A stretch of 64,000 nucleotides of DNA from a virus: the IMG/VR virus record IMGVR_UViG_3300025012_000047, positions 1 through 64,000 of that record; one strand, written 5' to 3'. The notes beneath the pieces were generated by a model, which was not told the origin of the DNA, made no database searches, and was given only the letters and a program-made list of their open reading frames with translations. Below, in pieces: positions 52,058-62,610 of this stretch. The first letter of the stretch is position 1; each line of letters begins with the position of its first letter. The translations under genes and the position numbers were made by a program.

Positions 52058-52091
52058 TTTAACAAAAAATAAGAAATAGGAGGAATTAATA

Positions 52092-52916
52092 ATGAGCTTA
52101 TTTAAATTTGGAAGTCTCGGAGCATCCATGAACACAGTTAATAACCCTAGAGTCCAAGCAACTGCTGCTACAAAAAATGGTTATGTCTTTAAAATTACCG
52201 ATAATTATACTTCTGGTGGAAGTAAATCTAAAGTAGTTATTGTAGTAGGATCTGACACTATTGCAGATGGAGTAGTACAATTTAATATTGGTGGTCAAAA
52301 TATTTATACCACTATTGTAGCCTTAACACAAGATACTGATGCAAAAGTTGCTGCATTAATAAAAACTAATTGCGATGCAGTTTTACTTGGATTGGGATAT
52401 ACAGTAGCAATTGACACAGCAACACTTACAATTACTGCACCAGCAGTTGGATCTTCTACCTCAGTTGTTCTTTTAGATAATATCAGTGTGGCAGACAGCA
52501 CCGTTACTCTTACGCCTACTTATACTGCTGGAACTGATGCTACAGCTTATAAAGAAGCAGCAGTACCTTCTGCCAACGATGCTGGTGCAAAAGCTGATAA
52601 ACTTTATGTAGCAATGAATATCATTGATACACCTGAATTGTGGAATCAAGCAGATTTTGTCATTCCTGCTGGAAGTTATATCAGGGCATTTAATCTTAAT
52701 GATTTGGTAGGTTATCCTGTTGAATTGTCAAGTGACTTGGTAACAACTGCTTATGGTAGTGTTGCTGTTGGAGAATTTTTAGTTCCTGTTCCCGCTGGAG
52801 CAAATGCAATGATGTGGAAAAAAGCGACAGACACTGGATACGCTTGCGTCTTAAAAGTGATAGAGAAAACTACTTTTGGTGGGACTGGGTTATACTGTAA
52901 AATTACAAACAACTAA
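52092..52916 (+). CDS. Head decoration protein (YonC-like) with probable inserted beta-rich domain
   Basis: Lies between scaffold and capsid genes; T/A/V/G-rich. Confidence 0.6.
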   Translation: MSLFKFGSLGASMNTVNNPRVQATAATKNGYVFKITDNYTSGGSKSKVVIVVGSDTIADGVVQFNIGGQNIYTTIVALTQDTDAKVAALIKTNCDAVLLGLGYTVAIDTATLTITAPAVGSSTSVVLLDNISVADSTVTLTPTYTAGTDATAYKEAAVPSANDAGAKADKLYVAMNIIDTPELWNQADFVIPAGSYIRAFNLNDLVGYPVELSSDLVTTAYGSVAVGEFLVPVPAGANAMMWKKATDTGYACVLKVIEKTTFGGTGLYCKITNN

Positions 52917-52947
52917 TAAATAATATTTAGAAGGAGGATTAATAATA

Positions 52948-54069
52948 ATGAGTAACAATGTTTTAGGATTAGAGAATTTTACACCAAGTGTTGAATTGAA
53001 TAACATTCAACCTGAACATAAATATACAGAAAAATCACCTATTATTGAGATTTTTAGTGCAATGGTTAAGGGCGAAGATACTGGTAGATTTGGAGATAAG
53101 GCTAATAAGGCGAATGCTTATATTAAGAAATTGGGTGCTGATGCGCTTGCGGGTGATGGTAGAGCGAAGGTAGAGTTGAATACGATTACCAGTATTATGA
53201 TTCAAGCACCGTTGTTACAACGCTTAAATTTATTTAACTTTATGGGAAACGTAACAAGTGTTGGATTTAATGAGCGTTTGCTTTATAAAGTATATAAATT
53301 ACAAGGCAAAATGTCTGGGTTGCAAGCTAATCAAGGTGATGTGCCGTTCGCAACTTCCACTTGGAATTATCGTGAAATGACTACTAAAACTATTTCAGGA
53401 GGTACAAGTTTAAATTATAGAGAATTAAGTACGGGAAACCCTGATTCCCTTGCCCCTCTCATGGAACAGGTTTTGACAGATATGCAAAATAAAATTTTCT
53501 ATTCTGTAATGAATGCTCTTTATAGTGGAGTAAAAAATGCTACAGGAATTAAAAATTTTACAGAAGCAGCAGGATTAACAAAAGCATCTGTTCAAGACAT
53601 GATAAAAACGATTCGCAGATGGGGAAAAGTTGGTATTTTCGGGGATTACAGTGTAGTTTCTCAAATCAATGATATGACGGGATTCAATACTGACACTGCA
53701 GGAGTCCTTGCAAAACAACTTCCTATATCCGTAATTGAAGAAATTATGAAAACTGGTTTGATCTCTTCATTTTATAATACGATCATCACTGAAATTCCAA
53801 ATAGTTATAATTTACTAAAATTAAATTCTGCTGGCACAATGTATGATACTTATTTGCCTGAAGGACTTCTTTTCTTCTTGGTATCAGGAGAGCAAAGTTG
53901 CCTTCAAATTGGATATCGCGGTGGACTACAAAGTGCGACAGGATTTGATGTAATTACAGGACAAAATATGACACGTTTCGACCTAGAATTTGGCACAGAA
54001 ATTATACCTGAATATATCCCACAAATGGGTATAATTTCTGACTCTAATTTCCCTGTCGATAAACTGTAA
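52948..54069 (+). CDS. Major capsid protein (YonB-like)
   Basis: Position, 373 aa, strong RBS, followed by a terminator. Confidence 0.75.
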   Translation: MSNNVLGLENFTPSVELNNIQPEHKYTEKSPIIEIFSAMVKGEDTGRFGDKANKANAYIKKLGADALAGDGRAKVELNTITSIMIQAPLLQRLNLFNFMGNVTSVGFNERLLYKVYKLQGKMSGLQANQGDVPFATSTWNYREMTTKTISGGTSLNYRELSTGNPDSLAPLMEQVLTDMQNKIFYSVMNALYSGVKNATGIKNFTEAAGLTKASVQDMIKTIRRWGKVGIFGDYSVVSQINDMTGFNTDTAGVLAKQLPISVIEEIMKTGLISSFYNTIITEIPNSYNLLKLNSAGTMYDTYLPEGLLFFLVSGEQSCLQIGYRGGLQSATGFDVITGQNMTRFDLEFGTEIIPEYIPQMGIISDSNFPVDKL

Positions 54070-54100
54070 TTAAATATTCAATCTTAAATTTAAATATCTA

Positions 54101-54162
54101 GAGGAAGGTAAGAAAATCATGAATATTATTGAAAATAAACAATCTTACCTTCCTTTATTTTT
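54101..54162 (+). terminator. Probable terminator after the capsid gene
   Basis: GGAAGGTAAGA...TCTTACCTTCC followed by T-rich tract. Confidence 0.5.
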
Positions 54163-54230
54163 ATATTTAATTTATTAAGTTATTCAATTAACAATTAAAA
54201 AATTTAAGGAATAAATGGAGGAATAAAATA

Positions 54231-54776
54231 ATGGCGGTAAAACCAACAGAAACAAAAACAGAGGAACAAATTAGTATAGAACAACAATCCAATCAGCAAC
54301 AACACACTTATACTCCACCACTCATGGATTCATATTCAAGTTTACAAAATCTTGCTGATAATGATATTTATTTTTCTTTAGTTCAAGGTGGTGACTTATC
54401 AATTAAAGCAAATGGATACTTAGACCTACTTAATCGAGATATTGTTTCTCTTCGCAACAATTCAAATATCTTTTTTGTAGGAACAGGGAATGGAGCAAAT
54501 GCTCGAATTTACATTCAAAATCCTGATCTTCGTATTTATGTAGGTTTTGATTCAGCAGATGGAAAAGTAAAACAACAAGTCTTAACTGATGAACTATGTC
54601 AAGAAATATTGGATTCAAAAAGTCAAAAACAATTCGAAAAACTTGTTAACGAAAAAGTTGTTTCTTATCATGAAAAAGTAAGAATTATGAATTATGCTAA
54701 GAAAGTAAAACTTGATAGTTTTGAAAAAATTACTTTTCTTGAAGAACATTCTGGCAAAAAATTTAAAGAAATTTAA
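54231..54776 (+). CDS. Virion-module hypothetical protein (YonA-like position)
   Basis: ORF and synteny. Confidence 0.7.
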   Translation: MAVKPTETKTEEQISIEQQSNQQQHTYTPPLMDSYSSLQNLADNDIYFSLVQGGDLSIKANGYLDLLNRDIVSLRNNSNIFFVGTGNGANARIYIQNPDLRIYVGFDSADGKVKQQVLTDELCQEILDSKSQKQFEKLVNEKVVSYHEKVRIMNYAKKVKLDSFEKITFLEEHSGKKFKEI

Positions 54777-54788
54777 GGGGGTTAAAAT

Positions 54789-55223
54789 ATGTCTACCCCT
54801 ACAACGCTACAAACGGTATATAATTTATTTTTATCTAAATCAGATGAAGATTTTACCGGGAAAGAATCATTGATTTTTCAATGGTTAAATTCAGCAATAT
54901 CTAAATGCAAAAAATACGTAAGAAATTCTTTAGATTATACATTGGACACTCCTATAGTTCCTGCAATTGTGTCATATGATGGAAGTTTTGTTAATACTCT
55001 TGAAGATGACGAAATAGAACTAATTGCAATGCAAATGCAATATGAAAATTATAATAAGAAAGAAGCATATTTAGTTGCTTTGAAAACTCGTATAGGAACA
55101 AAAGATTTTAATTCTCTTCCGAGTAAAAAACAAGAATTAGATGGTATTCAAAATTCTAAGAATTTACTAAAAGAAGATATTAAAGAATTGCAACAAGAAT
55201 TTAATACGTATAAGTATTCTTGA
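54789..55223 (+). CDS. Head-tail adaptor (YomZ-like)
   Basis: T.LQTVYNLFLSK...LEDDEIELIA pattern; synteny. Confidence 0.6.
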   Translation: MSTPTTLQTVYNLFLSKSDEDFTGKESLIFQWLNSAISKCKKYVRNSLDYTLDTPIVPAIVSYDGSFVNTLEDDEIELIAMQMQYENYNKKEAYLVALKTRIGTKDFNSLPSKKQELDGIQNSKNLLKEDIKELQQEFNTYKYS

Positions 55224-55235
55224 GGAAGTGATTAA

Positions 55236-55478
55236 TTGAAGAATCAAATAATAATTAAAAATTCATTAGGAGAAATGGATATTAATTTTTGGGCAGAGAA
55301 AGAGTATCGAAGAGTTGTATTAATAATGAAACTTATAGAAGATACTTTTTCAGTTGATTTAAATAAATATCCTGAACTAAGAAAATCAATTCTTGATACA
55401 GGAAATTTTATACGTAGACTTCCTTCAACTATTTCAGAAATTATTGAAGTAAAAGATGATAGAAGTGATAGTAAATGA
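55236..55478 (+). CDS. Hypothetical protein (YomY-like)
   Basis: ELRKSILDTGNFIRRLP; synteny. Confidence 0.6.
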   Translation: MKNQIIIKNSLGEMDINFWAEKEYRRVVLIMKLIEDTFSVDLNKYPELRKSILDTGNFIRRLPSTISEIIEVKDDRSDSK

Positions 55479-56671
55479 ATCTTCATCAAGAATGGATGAC
55501 AGATAGTAGTTTATTCGGAGATGACTATGCTAAGAATGTACAACTCCAACAGGCAAAGGATAGATATGATATTCAAAGATATCAATCAAACGAAGGTTCT
55601 CCTGCAATAATTGATACCATTGCAACACAAGTAATAGTTCAATCACATTCAAACCCATTAAATGAAGGTAAATATGATAAGAAAATTCATATGCCAATTG
55701 ATACAATAGTCAATACTGGATCAATAGTTGAATGGGAAAATAATAAATGGATTATAGTAAGTAATATTGATAATTTACAAGCATATAAAACAGCTAGTAT
55801 GATTAGATGTAACAACACCATCCAATTCTACTCTTCATCCTCAACTCTACACACAATCCCTTGCATAATCTCAAAAGGTTCAATCTCTCTAGATGAACAA
55901 AAAATAATATCAACTTTAGATTCAGAAATTGCAGTACAAATAAGCAATACTTCAATAACAAGACAAATTGAGATTAATGATGTGTACAAAATTGGATTGC
56001 GTTCGTGGCAGGTAACAAATATTGATGACATTACTGTGAATGGTTTGCTGATTTTGAGAATGGTATATAGCGAAGTTGAGCAAGTATTTCCTGTTTATAG
56101 TGTTGAGATTTTGAATGGAACAACTACAAGTACTCAACAGGGCAATAATATCCAATTAAATGTTCAAGTAAAAGATCATGATATGATTTTAAGTCCTACT
56201 CCATCTGTAATTTATACTAGCTCAGATATAACAAAAGCAATGGTTTCAAGTACAGGTCTAATTTCAACTTTATCAGTTGGAACTTCAACAATAACATGTA
56301 AATTACAAAGTGATAATAACATTTTTGATACATTTGTTGTTAATGTTGAAGCAATTCCTGTTGTTGAGACGTATACATTGGAATTGACAGGTAGTATTCA
56401 ACCTGATAGTGAAATTAAGAGTGGACAAGTGAAGACATATGCTTGTGTTAAGAAAAATAGTTTAGGTGTTGTGGTTAGTGGAACAATGTTTGATTTTAGT
56501 ATTGTAAATGGGACTACTTTATCGAGTGCATATACTTTTACAGTTTTGAATGATACTCAGGTAAGTTTGAAGGCTAATCAGTATACTTATTATATTGATC
56601 TTGTTGCAGTAGATAGAAGTGATAATACATTAACTGTTTCTAAACATATTAAATTGAGATCAGTGATGTAA
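55475..56671 (+). CDS. Head-closure/connector protein with Ig-like (Big_2) domain (YomX-like)
   Basis: YTSSDITKAMVSSTGLI...VGTSTIT. Confidence 0.7.
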   Translation: MNLHQEWMTDSSLFGDDYAKNVQLQQAKDRYDIQRYQSNEGSPAIIDTIATQVIVQSHSNPLNEGKYDKKIHMPIDTIVNTGSIVEWENNKWIIVSNIDNLQAYKTASMIRCNNTIQFYSSSSTLHTIPCIISKGSISLDEQKIISTLDSEIAVQISNTSITRQIEINDVYKIGLRSWQVTNIDDITVNGLLILRMVYSEVEQVFPVYSVEILNGTTTSTQQGNNIQLNVQVKDHDMILSPTPSVIYTSSDITKAMVSSTGLISTLSVGTSTITCKLQSDNNIFDTFVVNVEAIPVVETYTLELTGSIQPDSEIKSGQVKTYACVKKNSLGVVVSGTMFDFSIVNGTTLSSAYTFTVLNDTQVSLKANQYTYYIDLVAVDRSDNTLTVSKHIKLRSVM

Positions 56672-56705
56672 TTATAAATTTTTAGTCTAGAGGTGGTGTA
56701 TTAAC

Positions 56706-57203
56706 ATAGAAAAATCTTTCAAATTTAAGCATATAGAAAATAATCTTGTGAAACTATTATCTTTATTACTTGAAAGTAAAAATATCTCAAAATATATTTA
56801 TCATTTAGTAGATGATCCTTTGTCTGAATCAGATGTTACAGAAGACTTAATGGGAAATGGTAATATAATATTAACCCTATTTGATGAAACAGTATTAACA
56901 AATTCTCAGGTTAAAGTATTCTTAAATCCATTTAATGGTTCTCTTAAATCAATGCCTACTAGCGATATAGTTTTTACTTTAGACATAATTGTTCCAAATC
57001 TATATTGGAAGTTAAATGGCATGGGTCAGATTCGTCCATATCGTATAGCAGATGAATTTGCACAATTAGTTGATGGACAAAAAGTTGCTGGCATGGGTGA
57101 AGTAAATATTACAAATTTTAAAGCATATAAAGTTAATACCACCTATTCAGGTTTAACTTTATTTATTGAAGTTAATTCTTCGACCACTAAAGGACTGAGA
57201 TAA
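56706..57203 (+). CDS. Tail terminator-like protein (YomW-like)
   Basis: FTLDIIVP..YW...RPYRI; GAGGTGG RBS favours in-frame ATA 56706. Confidence 0.6.
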   Translation: MEKSFKFKHIENNLVKLLSLLLESKNISKYIYHLVDDPLSESDVTEDLMGNGNIILTLFDETVLTNSQVKVFLNPFNGSLKSMPTSDIVFTLDIIVPNLYWKLNGMGQIRPYRIADEFAQLVDGQKVAGMGEVNITNFKAYKVNTTYSGLTLFIEVNSSTTKGLR

Positions 57204-57944
57204 ATGGCAGAACTTAAATACATATTTGCTCAACCTGATTATGTGGAAGGAATTGATAAAGATAATCCAATATGTATTTATCCAGTCAGATTAAAAGATT
57301 ATGATAAATTTAGTGAAGTATCACATCTTTTACACATATCAAAAAATCATTTTGAGGAAACAGAATATCCATTATTAATGTTAGTTTTTATGTGTATGCC
57401 ACAATTAAATTTAACACAAGAAGAGTTGATTAAAAAATTAGAAGATACTTTTTCAATTATAACAAGAAAAGATGTTAAGTTTATTTCTGATGAAAAAACT
57501 AAAATAGAAGGTTTTGTAGTTGATAATACAAATATAATTACAACTCAAAATTATGAACAAATCAGAGACATAACAATGAAACAAAATTTGATATTCGAGC
57601 AAAAAGTGTATAAGAACAAACTAGTACAAGAATGGGCTAATAAGGTATTGGAATCTAGGTCTAAAAATTCATCAAAAATTACTATGGAAGATATCACTAC
57701 CACTGTTTCAGTGTATAAAGGAAAAGATTATTGTGAATTGATTGAATATACTATTTATCAAATATATGCTGATTTTTATAGAATTCGCAAGATGAAAAAA
57801 TATGATACAGATACCTTATTTGCAACAGTTGCGGAAAAGATCACTATTGAGGATTTTGCAGAAGAGATAAATATGTTTAAAAGTCCATATGATGACTTAT
57901 TTGTTGATTCTAGCAAGTTAAATAAATTTAATGGGATAACGTAA
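57204..57944 (+). CDS. Tail-module protein (YomV-like)
   Basis: IYPVRLKDY...YTIYQIYADFYRI; synteny. Confidence 0.65.
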   Translation: MAELKYIFAQPDYVEGIDKDNPICIYPVRLKDYDKFSEVSHLLHISKNHFEETEYPLLMLVFMCMPQLNLTQEELIKKLEDTFSIITRKDVKFISDEKTKIEGFVVDNTNIITTQNYEQIRDITMKQNLIFEQKVYKNKLVQEWANKVLESRSKNSSKITMEDITTTVSVYKGKDYCELIEYTIYQIYADFYRIRKMKKYDTDTLFATVAEKITIEDFAEEINMFKSPYDDLFVDSSKLNKFNGIT

Positions 57945-57977
57945 AATAACAAAATAAAATAAAAAGGAGGAATTTAA

Positions 57978-58724
57978 ATGAGTTTGGTTGCAGACGTATT
58001 TGATATTTTGCTTCAAACAGATACAGGAAGTTTGATTGCATCAACAACTTTGTCAAGTGCTGATATTAAGATCAGTGTAGATGAAAAAGAAGTTCGAGGT
58101 GGAAAAGGAGATAATTTGATTGCGATCCTTCATAGCGCACGAAAAGTAGAAATTTCTACTTCTGAAATGCTTTTTAAATGGGATTGGATTGCTAATCAAC
58201 TTGGTCAAACTGCTGTTGTAGGGGCAACCACGGCTTGGGCAATGCCTACTTTCTATACTGCCGCAACGACTACAGGGGTAACTATAACCTTATCGCCAAA
58301 GCCTTTAGCTTCTGCTAGTGGCATAGAAATTTATAAAACAGATGGTACATTAGTAGCACCTGCCAATTATACTGTCGTCGCAGCAACAGGAGTAACCACA
58401 TTTAGTTCTGGCGTAGTTGCAGGAGATATTGTTGAAGTAAGAGGATATAAATATACCACTGCAGCAACGGCAAGCACAATCACTATTAATAATACTTCTT
58501 TTGCTGAAGGTGTAGTTTGTATTTTATCGACAGTTGAAATTGATGAGGATGAAACGCCTTTAAATGTAATTCAAATTCAATTAGATGAAGTTTTACCAAG
58601 TGGCAATTTTGATATTTCTACTAAATCTGCTAGAGATGCAAGTGTGTCTAATTTTACATTTAAAGCAATCAAACCTACGACAAGCAATACTATTGGTCGG
58701 ATGATTAAGACTCCGATTGTCTAA
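57978..58724 (+). CDS. Major tail tube protein (YomU-like)
   Basis: EVRGGKGD..IA.L...VEI; strong RBS; synteny. Confidence 0.7.
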   Translation: MSLVADVFDILLQTDTGSLIASTTLSSADIKISVDEKEVRGGKGDNLIAILHSARKVEISTSEMLFKWDWIANQLGQTAVVGATTAWAMPTFYTAATTTGVTITLSPKPLASASGIEIYKTDGTLVAPANYTVVAATGVTTFSSGVVAGDIVEVRGYKYTTAATASTITINNTSFAEGVVCILSTVEIDEDETPLNVIQIQLDEVLPSGNFDISTKSARDASVSNFTFKAIKPTTSNTIGRMIKTPIV

Positions 58725-58857
58725 TAATAAAAAATAAACTAAATATGGTTTCTATAAATAGATAGCTACTATTTATAGAGTAATTAAAAGACACCTTGCC
58801 GATACAGGGTGTCTTTCCCATTGCATCAATCTCTAATATCGGAAAGGGGAAAATAAA

Positions 58858-60567
58858 ATGATACAAGAAATAGAAGTTTTGGTTAATGTTACGCATAGAA
58901 ATAAAACTTATTATAGAAATAAAGAATATATTTGTGAAAACGGAGATTCAATATTAGTAAAAATTAATGATTTAAATCCAAATGGTATTACTATGGTTCA
59001 TGCTGAATGCCAAGGATGTAAAGTTATATTCCCTATGGAATATAGAACATATCTAATAAATATAAATTCTACAGAAATTAATGAGTATTATTGTAACAAA
59101 TGTAATCACATTAAAAAAGGGAAAATAAATTCAATAAAACAATCTGAAGGCAAACTTACTCGAAAAGATCGTGGATACTGGACTTTTAAAGAAAATAGAA
59201 CCAATGAATTGTATGATTACATAGTAAAGCATGACAATAACTTAAACAACATGATAAAATTTGACCCACATTTATTTAATGCTATATATGAATACGATAA
59301 GGGTATTCCTAATTTGTTAAGAGAATTAAATCTTAATCCGGAAGAATATCTTCCAGAAAAAATGTCAAACTGGAATAATTCTCAAGAAAGTATATCAAAT
59401 AAAATAAAATCTTTCATTAATGAAAATAAAAGATTCCCTTCACAGCAAGAGATGGGAGGCGTTTTAAGAATTTCTTCAAGAGAATTCCAGAAATACTTTA
59501 AGAACTTTGAAGAATGTAAAAAATATATAGGATACTATAATAAAGACGATTTAATAGATAATAGAGGAGATTTAAACAGATCACATTATGAGTTATTTGT
59601 AGCAAATTATTTAATTGCACAAGGACTAGGTGATTATTACAAAAGAGAAGAGTCTCCATTTAAAAAATATGATACAAGTCTAAATTATAGAAGTGATTTT
59701 ACATTTTACTTAAAAGATAAAGAGATTCATATAGAGGTATGGGCAAGTAGTTATGATAATAAATTCCTTGGAATATATAGAGATTATCTTAACAAAAGAA
59801 AAATTAAAGAAGATTTATACAAGAAAAACAAAGATGATATAATTTTAATCGGTATTGAACCAAAGACTTTTGCCTGTAGTTATAAACAAATAGAACGAAA
59901 TCTATATGAAATATTTAAAAATTATTTGGAATTAAATTATTCAAATATTGATTATGAATTATTATTAACACCAAATAATTTAACAGAAGATGAAGTTTTA
60001 AACTTGCTGATAAAGTATAGTTCTAATGCAAATAAAATTCCTAGTAATCAAGAAGTGCTAAAGCATAAAGGTGGCTATGCTTTATTAAATTATATAAATA
60101 AAAGATTTGGTGGTTTGACTTATTTTGCTGTTAAATATGGAAAAGATATAGGACATAAGAATCAATATTGGAACGATAATACTGTATTTAAATCATTTGA
60201 TTATATGCTAGAAAAGTATAATCAGTTTTTAAGTAAGACGGAGTATAAAAAAATAGACGATTGTAGATTACAAGGATTATATGCATATATAGATAAGACA
60301 CATTCTCTAATTGACTACAAAATAAAATATATAAATAATTTAATTAACAATCATTTAATTTTAAGTGAATATTTATACAAAACATTATGTGATATCGCAA
60401 ACAATTCTATAAAAAACTTTTACAATTTAAAATTAGAAACACAAGAGAAAGCACAAAGAGTATTAGAAAATTATAAACACTTAAAATATGAGGAAGAATA
60501 TGATTTTGGAGAATTAAGAAGTGCTTATATACTTAAAAAAGAAATTGATAGTTTAGTAGCAAAATAA
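58858..60567 (+). CDS. Homing-endonuclease-like PD-(D/E)xK protein
   Basis: CQGC N-terminus; RSHYELFVANYL...YRSDFTF...IEVW. Confidence 0.7.
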   Translation: MIQEIEVLVNVTHRNKTYYRNKEYICENGDSILVKINDLNPNGITMVHAECQGCKVIFPMEYRTYLININSTEINEYYCNKCNHIKKGKINSIKQSEGKLTRKDRGYWTFKENRTNELYDYIVKHDNNLNNMIKFDPHLFNAIYEYDKGIPNLLRELNLNPEEYLPEKMSNWNNSQESISNKIKSFINENKRFPSQQEMGGVLRISSREFQKYFKNFEECKKYIGYYNKDDLIDNRGDLNRSHYELFVANYLIAQGLGDYYKREESPFKKYDTSLNYRSDFTFYLKDKEIHIEVWASSYDNKFLGIYRDYLNKRKIKEDLYKKNKDDIILIGIEPKTFACSYKQIERNLYEIFKNYLELNYSNIDYELLLTPNNLTEDEVLNLLIKYSSNANKIPSNQEVLKHKGGYALLNYINKRFGGLTYFAVKYGKDIGHKNQYWNDNTVFKSFDYMLEKYNQFLSKTEYKKIDDCRLQGLYAYIDKTHSLIDYKIKYINNLINNHLILSEYLYKTLCDIANNSIKNFYNLKLETQEKAQRVLENYKHLKYEEEYDFGELRSAYILKKEIDSLVAK

Positions 60568-60758
60568 TAAATAAATAGCATAAAATAATTATAGGAAATG
60601 TACAATCCTATAATTATCCCAAAATCATAATTCCTAACAATCAAAAATAAGGAGAAGACAGACAACACCAATTGTCTTCTTCTCCTTATTTTTTTACTAT
60701 CCACAATCCAAAATCCCACCGACCAATAATCCCAAAAAGAAAGGAAGTGCTCCAAACA

Positions 60759-61703
60759 ATGGCAAATGAATCAGGCAACATGGAACAAATATTAGGGACA
60801 TCAAACCTCAACAACGAAACACGCTTTATAAAAACAACAGATACAGGCACTCTTCTAACTCAAACTTCTATCACAGATCCTATCCCATCAGGCAATAATC
60901 TCATAGGAGCAACAATGACTCATGGTGATATCGCTATGGTAATGAGAGATTCAAAATTAGATCCTTCTCATTTACTACTTGCTAATGCAACTTATACATC
61001 ACCTGTAATTGACAGACCTCGACAACCTGTTCCTGATGGAATGATTAGAATTTATGTTAAATCAAGTTCTACAGGACTTTTGACATTACAACAAGCAGAT
61101 ACATATAATCCTCTTAATCCAGACGTTGGATGGACAACGCTTGCAACTTTAAGTTGTAGTGCAACAATATCAGCATTAATGCCTTGGACAACACCTACAA
61201 AACAATATATTAGATTTATTTTTGTAAATGGTGCTGTAGCTCAAACGGAGTTTTTATTAAATCATTATACCCAAGGTGTTGGAATTGTACCAGTTATGGA
61301 AGCAGATGGTGCTAATATTACATTAGGAACAAATTCAGCAACTCCTGTAACTGATCCAAATGCACCAGGTTCAGTTAATGCTAATTTAAAAGGAATAATG
61401 AAGTCAATTCAAGGAACTCTAATAAATAACCAAACAAATAAAGCAGTAACAGCAAGCACTAATATATTAACAGCAAATTATACAGCTATAAATTATCAAC
61501 AATCAACTTTAATGGTATCAACAAGTGCTACAGGTATTTTATCTCTTGCGGTGGATGGTGTTCTTAGTACATTAAATAGTGGTGTTGCTCTAGATATAAA
61601 TAAATGGTATGCATTTGATGTGCTTTTATTAACTGGGTCAACTTATAATCTTCAATTATCTGTTGATGCAACGATGCAAATTAAATGGGTTGGAGGTGCT
61701 TAA
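60759..61703 (+). CDS. Putative virion structural / fibre-associated protein
   Basis: T/S/A/N-rich beta protein; RBS favours ATG 60759. Confidence 0.55.
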   Translation: MANESGNMEQILGTSNLNNETRFIKTTDTGTLLTQTSITDPIPSGNNLIGATMTHGDIAMVMRDSKLDPSHLLLANATYTSPVIDRPRQPVPDGMIRIYVKSSSTGLLTLQQADTYNPLNPDVGWTTLATLSCSATISALMPWTTPTKQYIRFIFVNGAVAQTEFLLNHYTQGVGIVPVMEADGANITLGTNSATPVTDPNAPGSVNANLKGIMKSIQGTLINNQTNKAVTASTNILTANYTAINYQQSTLMVSTSATGILSLAVDGVLSTLNSGVALDINKWYAFDVLLLTGSTYNLQLSVDATMQIKWVGGA

Positions 61704-61705
61704 AA

Positions 61706-62215
61706 ATGATTAAATGGCCTCCACAAGGAATAAATAATATTAGTGGTAATTTAACTGGAATAATTCAAATGTTTGCAGGGTTAACAGCACCTGATGGGTG
61801 GAAGATTTGTGATGGATCAGCAATATCTAGAACTACATATTCAGCTTTATTTAATGTAATTGGAGTAAGTTATGGTGCTGGAGATGGAGCAACAACTTAT
61901 AATATCCCAAATCTCAATGGGAAAGTCCCAGTCGGTTTAAATTCTTTAGAACCTGAATTTGACACGCTAGGGAAATCTGGCGGTGAAAAATCTCATTTAC
62001 TTACCTCTGCTGAGAGTGGATCGCCAGCACATAATCATCCAATAACTGCAAAATTGCAAGCTTATGGAACAACGTATAATGAACCAAATACTGGTAGTGA
62101 TGGTCAAGGTAATTGGGGGACTACTTATACAAATAATAGTACTGCTACAGATGCAAGTTCTGCCCATCAAAATTTACAGCCTTATTGTACCATTAATATG
62201 ATTATAAAATATTAA
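61706..62215 (+). CDS. Phage tail collar domain protein
   Basis: GIIQMFAG..APDGWKICDGSAISRTTYSALFNVIG..YGAGDG.TTYNIPNL. Confidence 0.9.
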   Translation: MIKWPPQGINNISGNLTGIIQMFAGLTAPDGWKICDGSAISRTTYSALFNVIGVSYGAGDGATTYNIPNLNGKVPVGLNSLEPEFDTLGKSGGEKSHLLTSAESGSPAHNHPITAKLQAYGTTYNEPNTGSDGQGNWGTTYTNNSTATDASSAHQNLQPYCTINMIIKY

Positions 62216-62356
62216 ATTAGAATCCGCATTTCCAAGGATTGTTTAGTTTAGTAATTTTAATATTTTTCATTAGATTGAATCTCATTCTTTAATTAGGATG
62301 AGATTTTATGTGTTGAAAAACACACAAATTTAAAATGAAAGGAAGTGAAAACTAAA

Positions 62357-62563
62357 ATGACAGAACAATCAAAAGAACAAAAAGAACAAGAAGGATTTAT
62401 TTACGTTTACAACCCACTTCAAGCCAATTTCTACGCCTATAAAGGTGTTATGATTAAGGCTACAGGCGTACATCCCGAAACAAAGAAAGTATGGTATAAG
62501 TTCAGTCGCTCAGAATGCTATGAAGCATATTGCGAGTGGTGTGATAGATCAAAGAAGAAATAG
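62357..62563 (+). CDS. Small DUF5659-like protein
   Basis: YVYNPLQANFY..KG...TGVHPET. Confidence 0.65.
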   Translation: MTEQSKEQKEQEGFIYVYNPLQANFYAYKGVMIKATGVHPETKKVWYKFSRSECYEAYCEWCDRSKKK

Positions 62564-62610
62564 TTTTATAAGTGATTAATATTAAAATTAAGAAAGAAGG
62601 ATGATTTATA

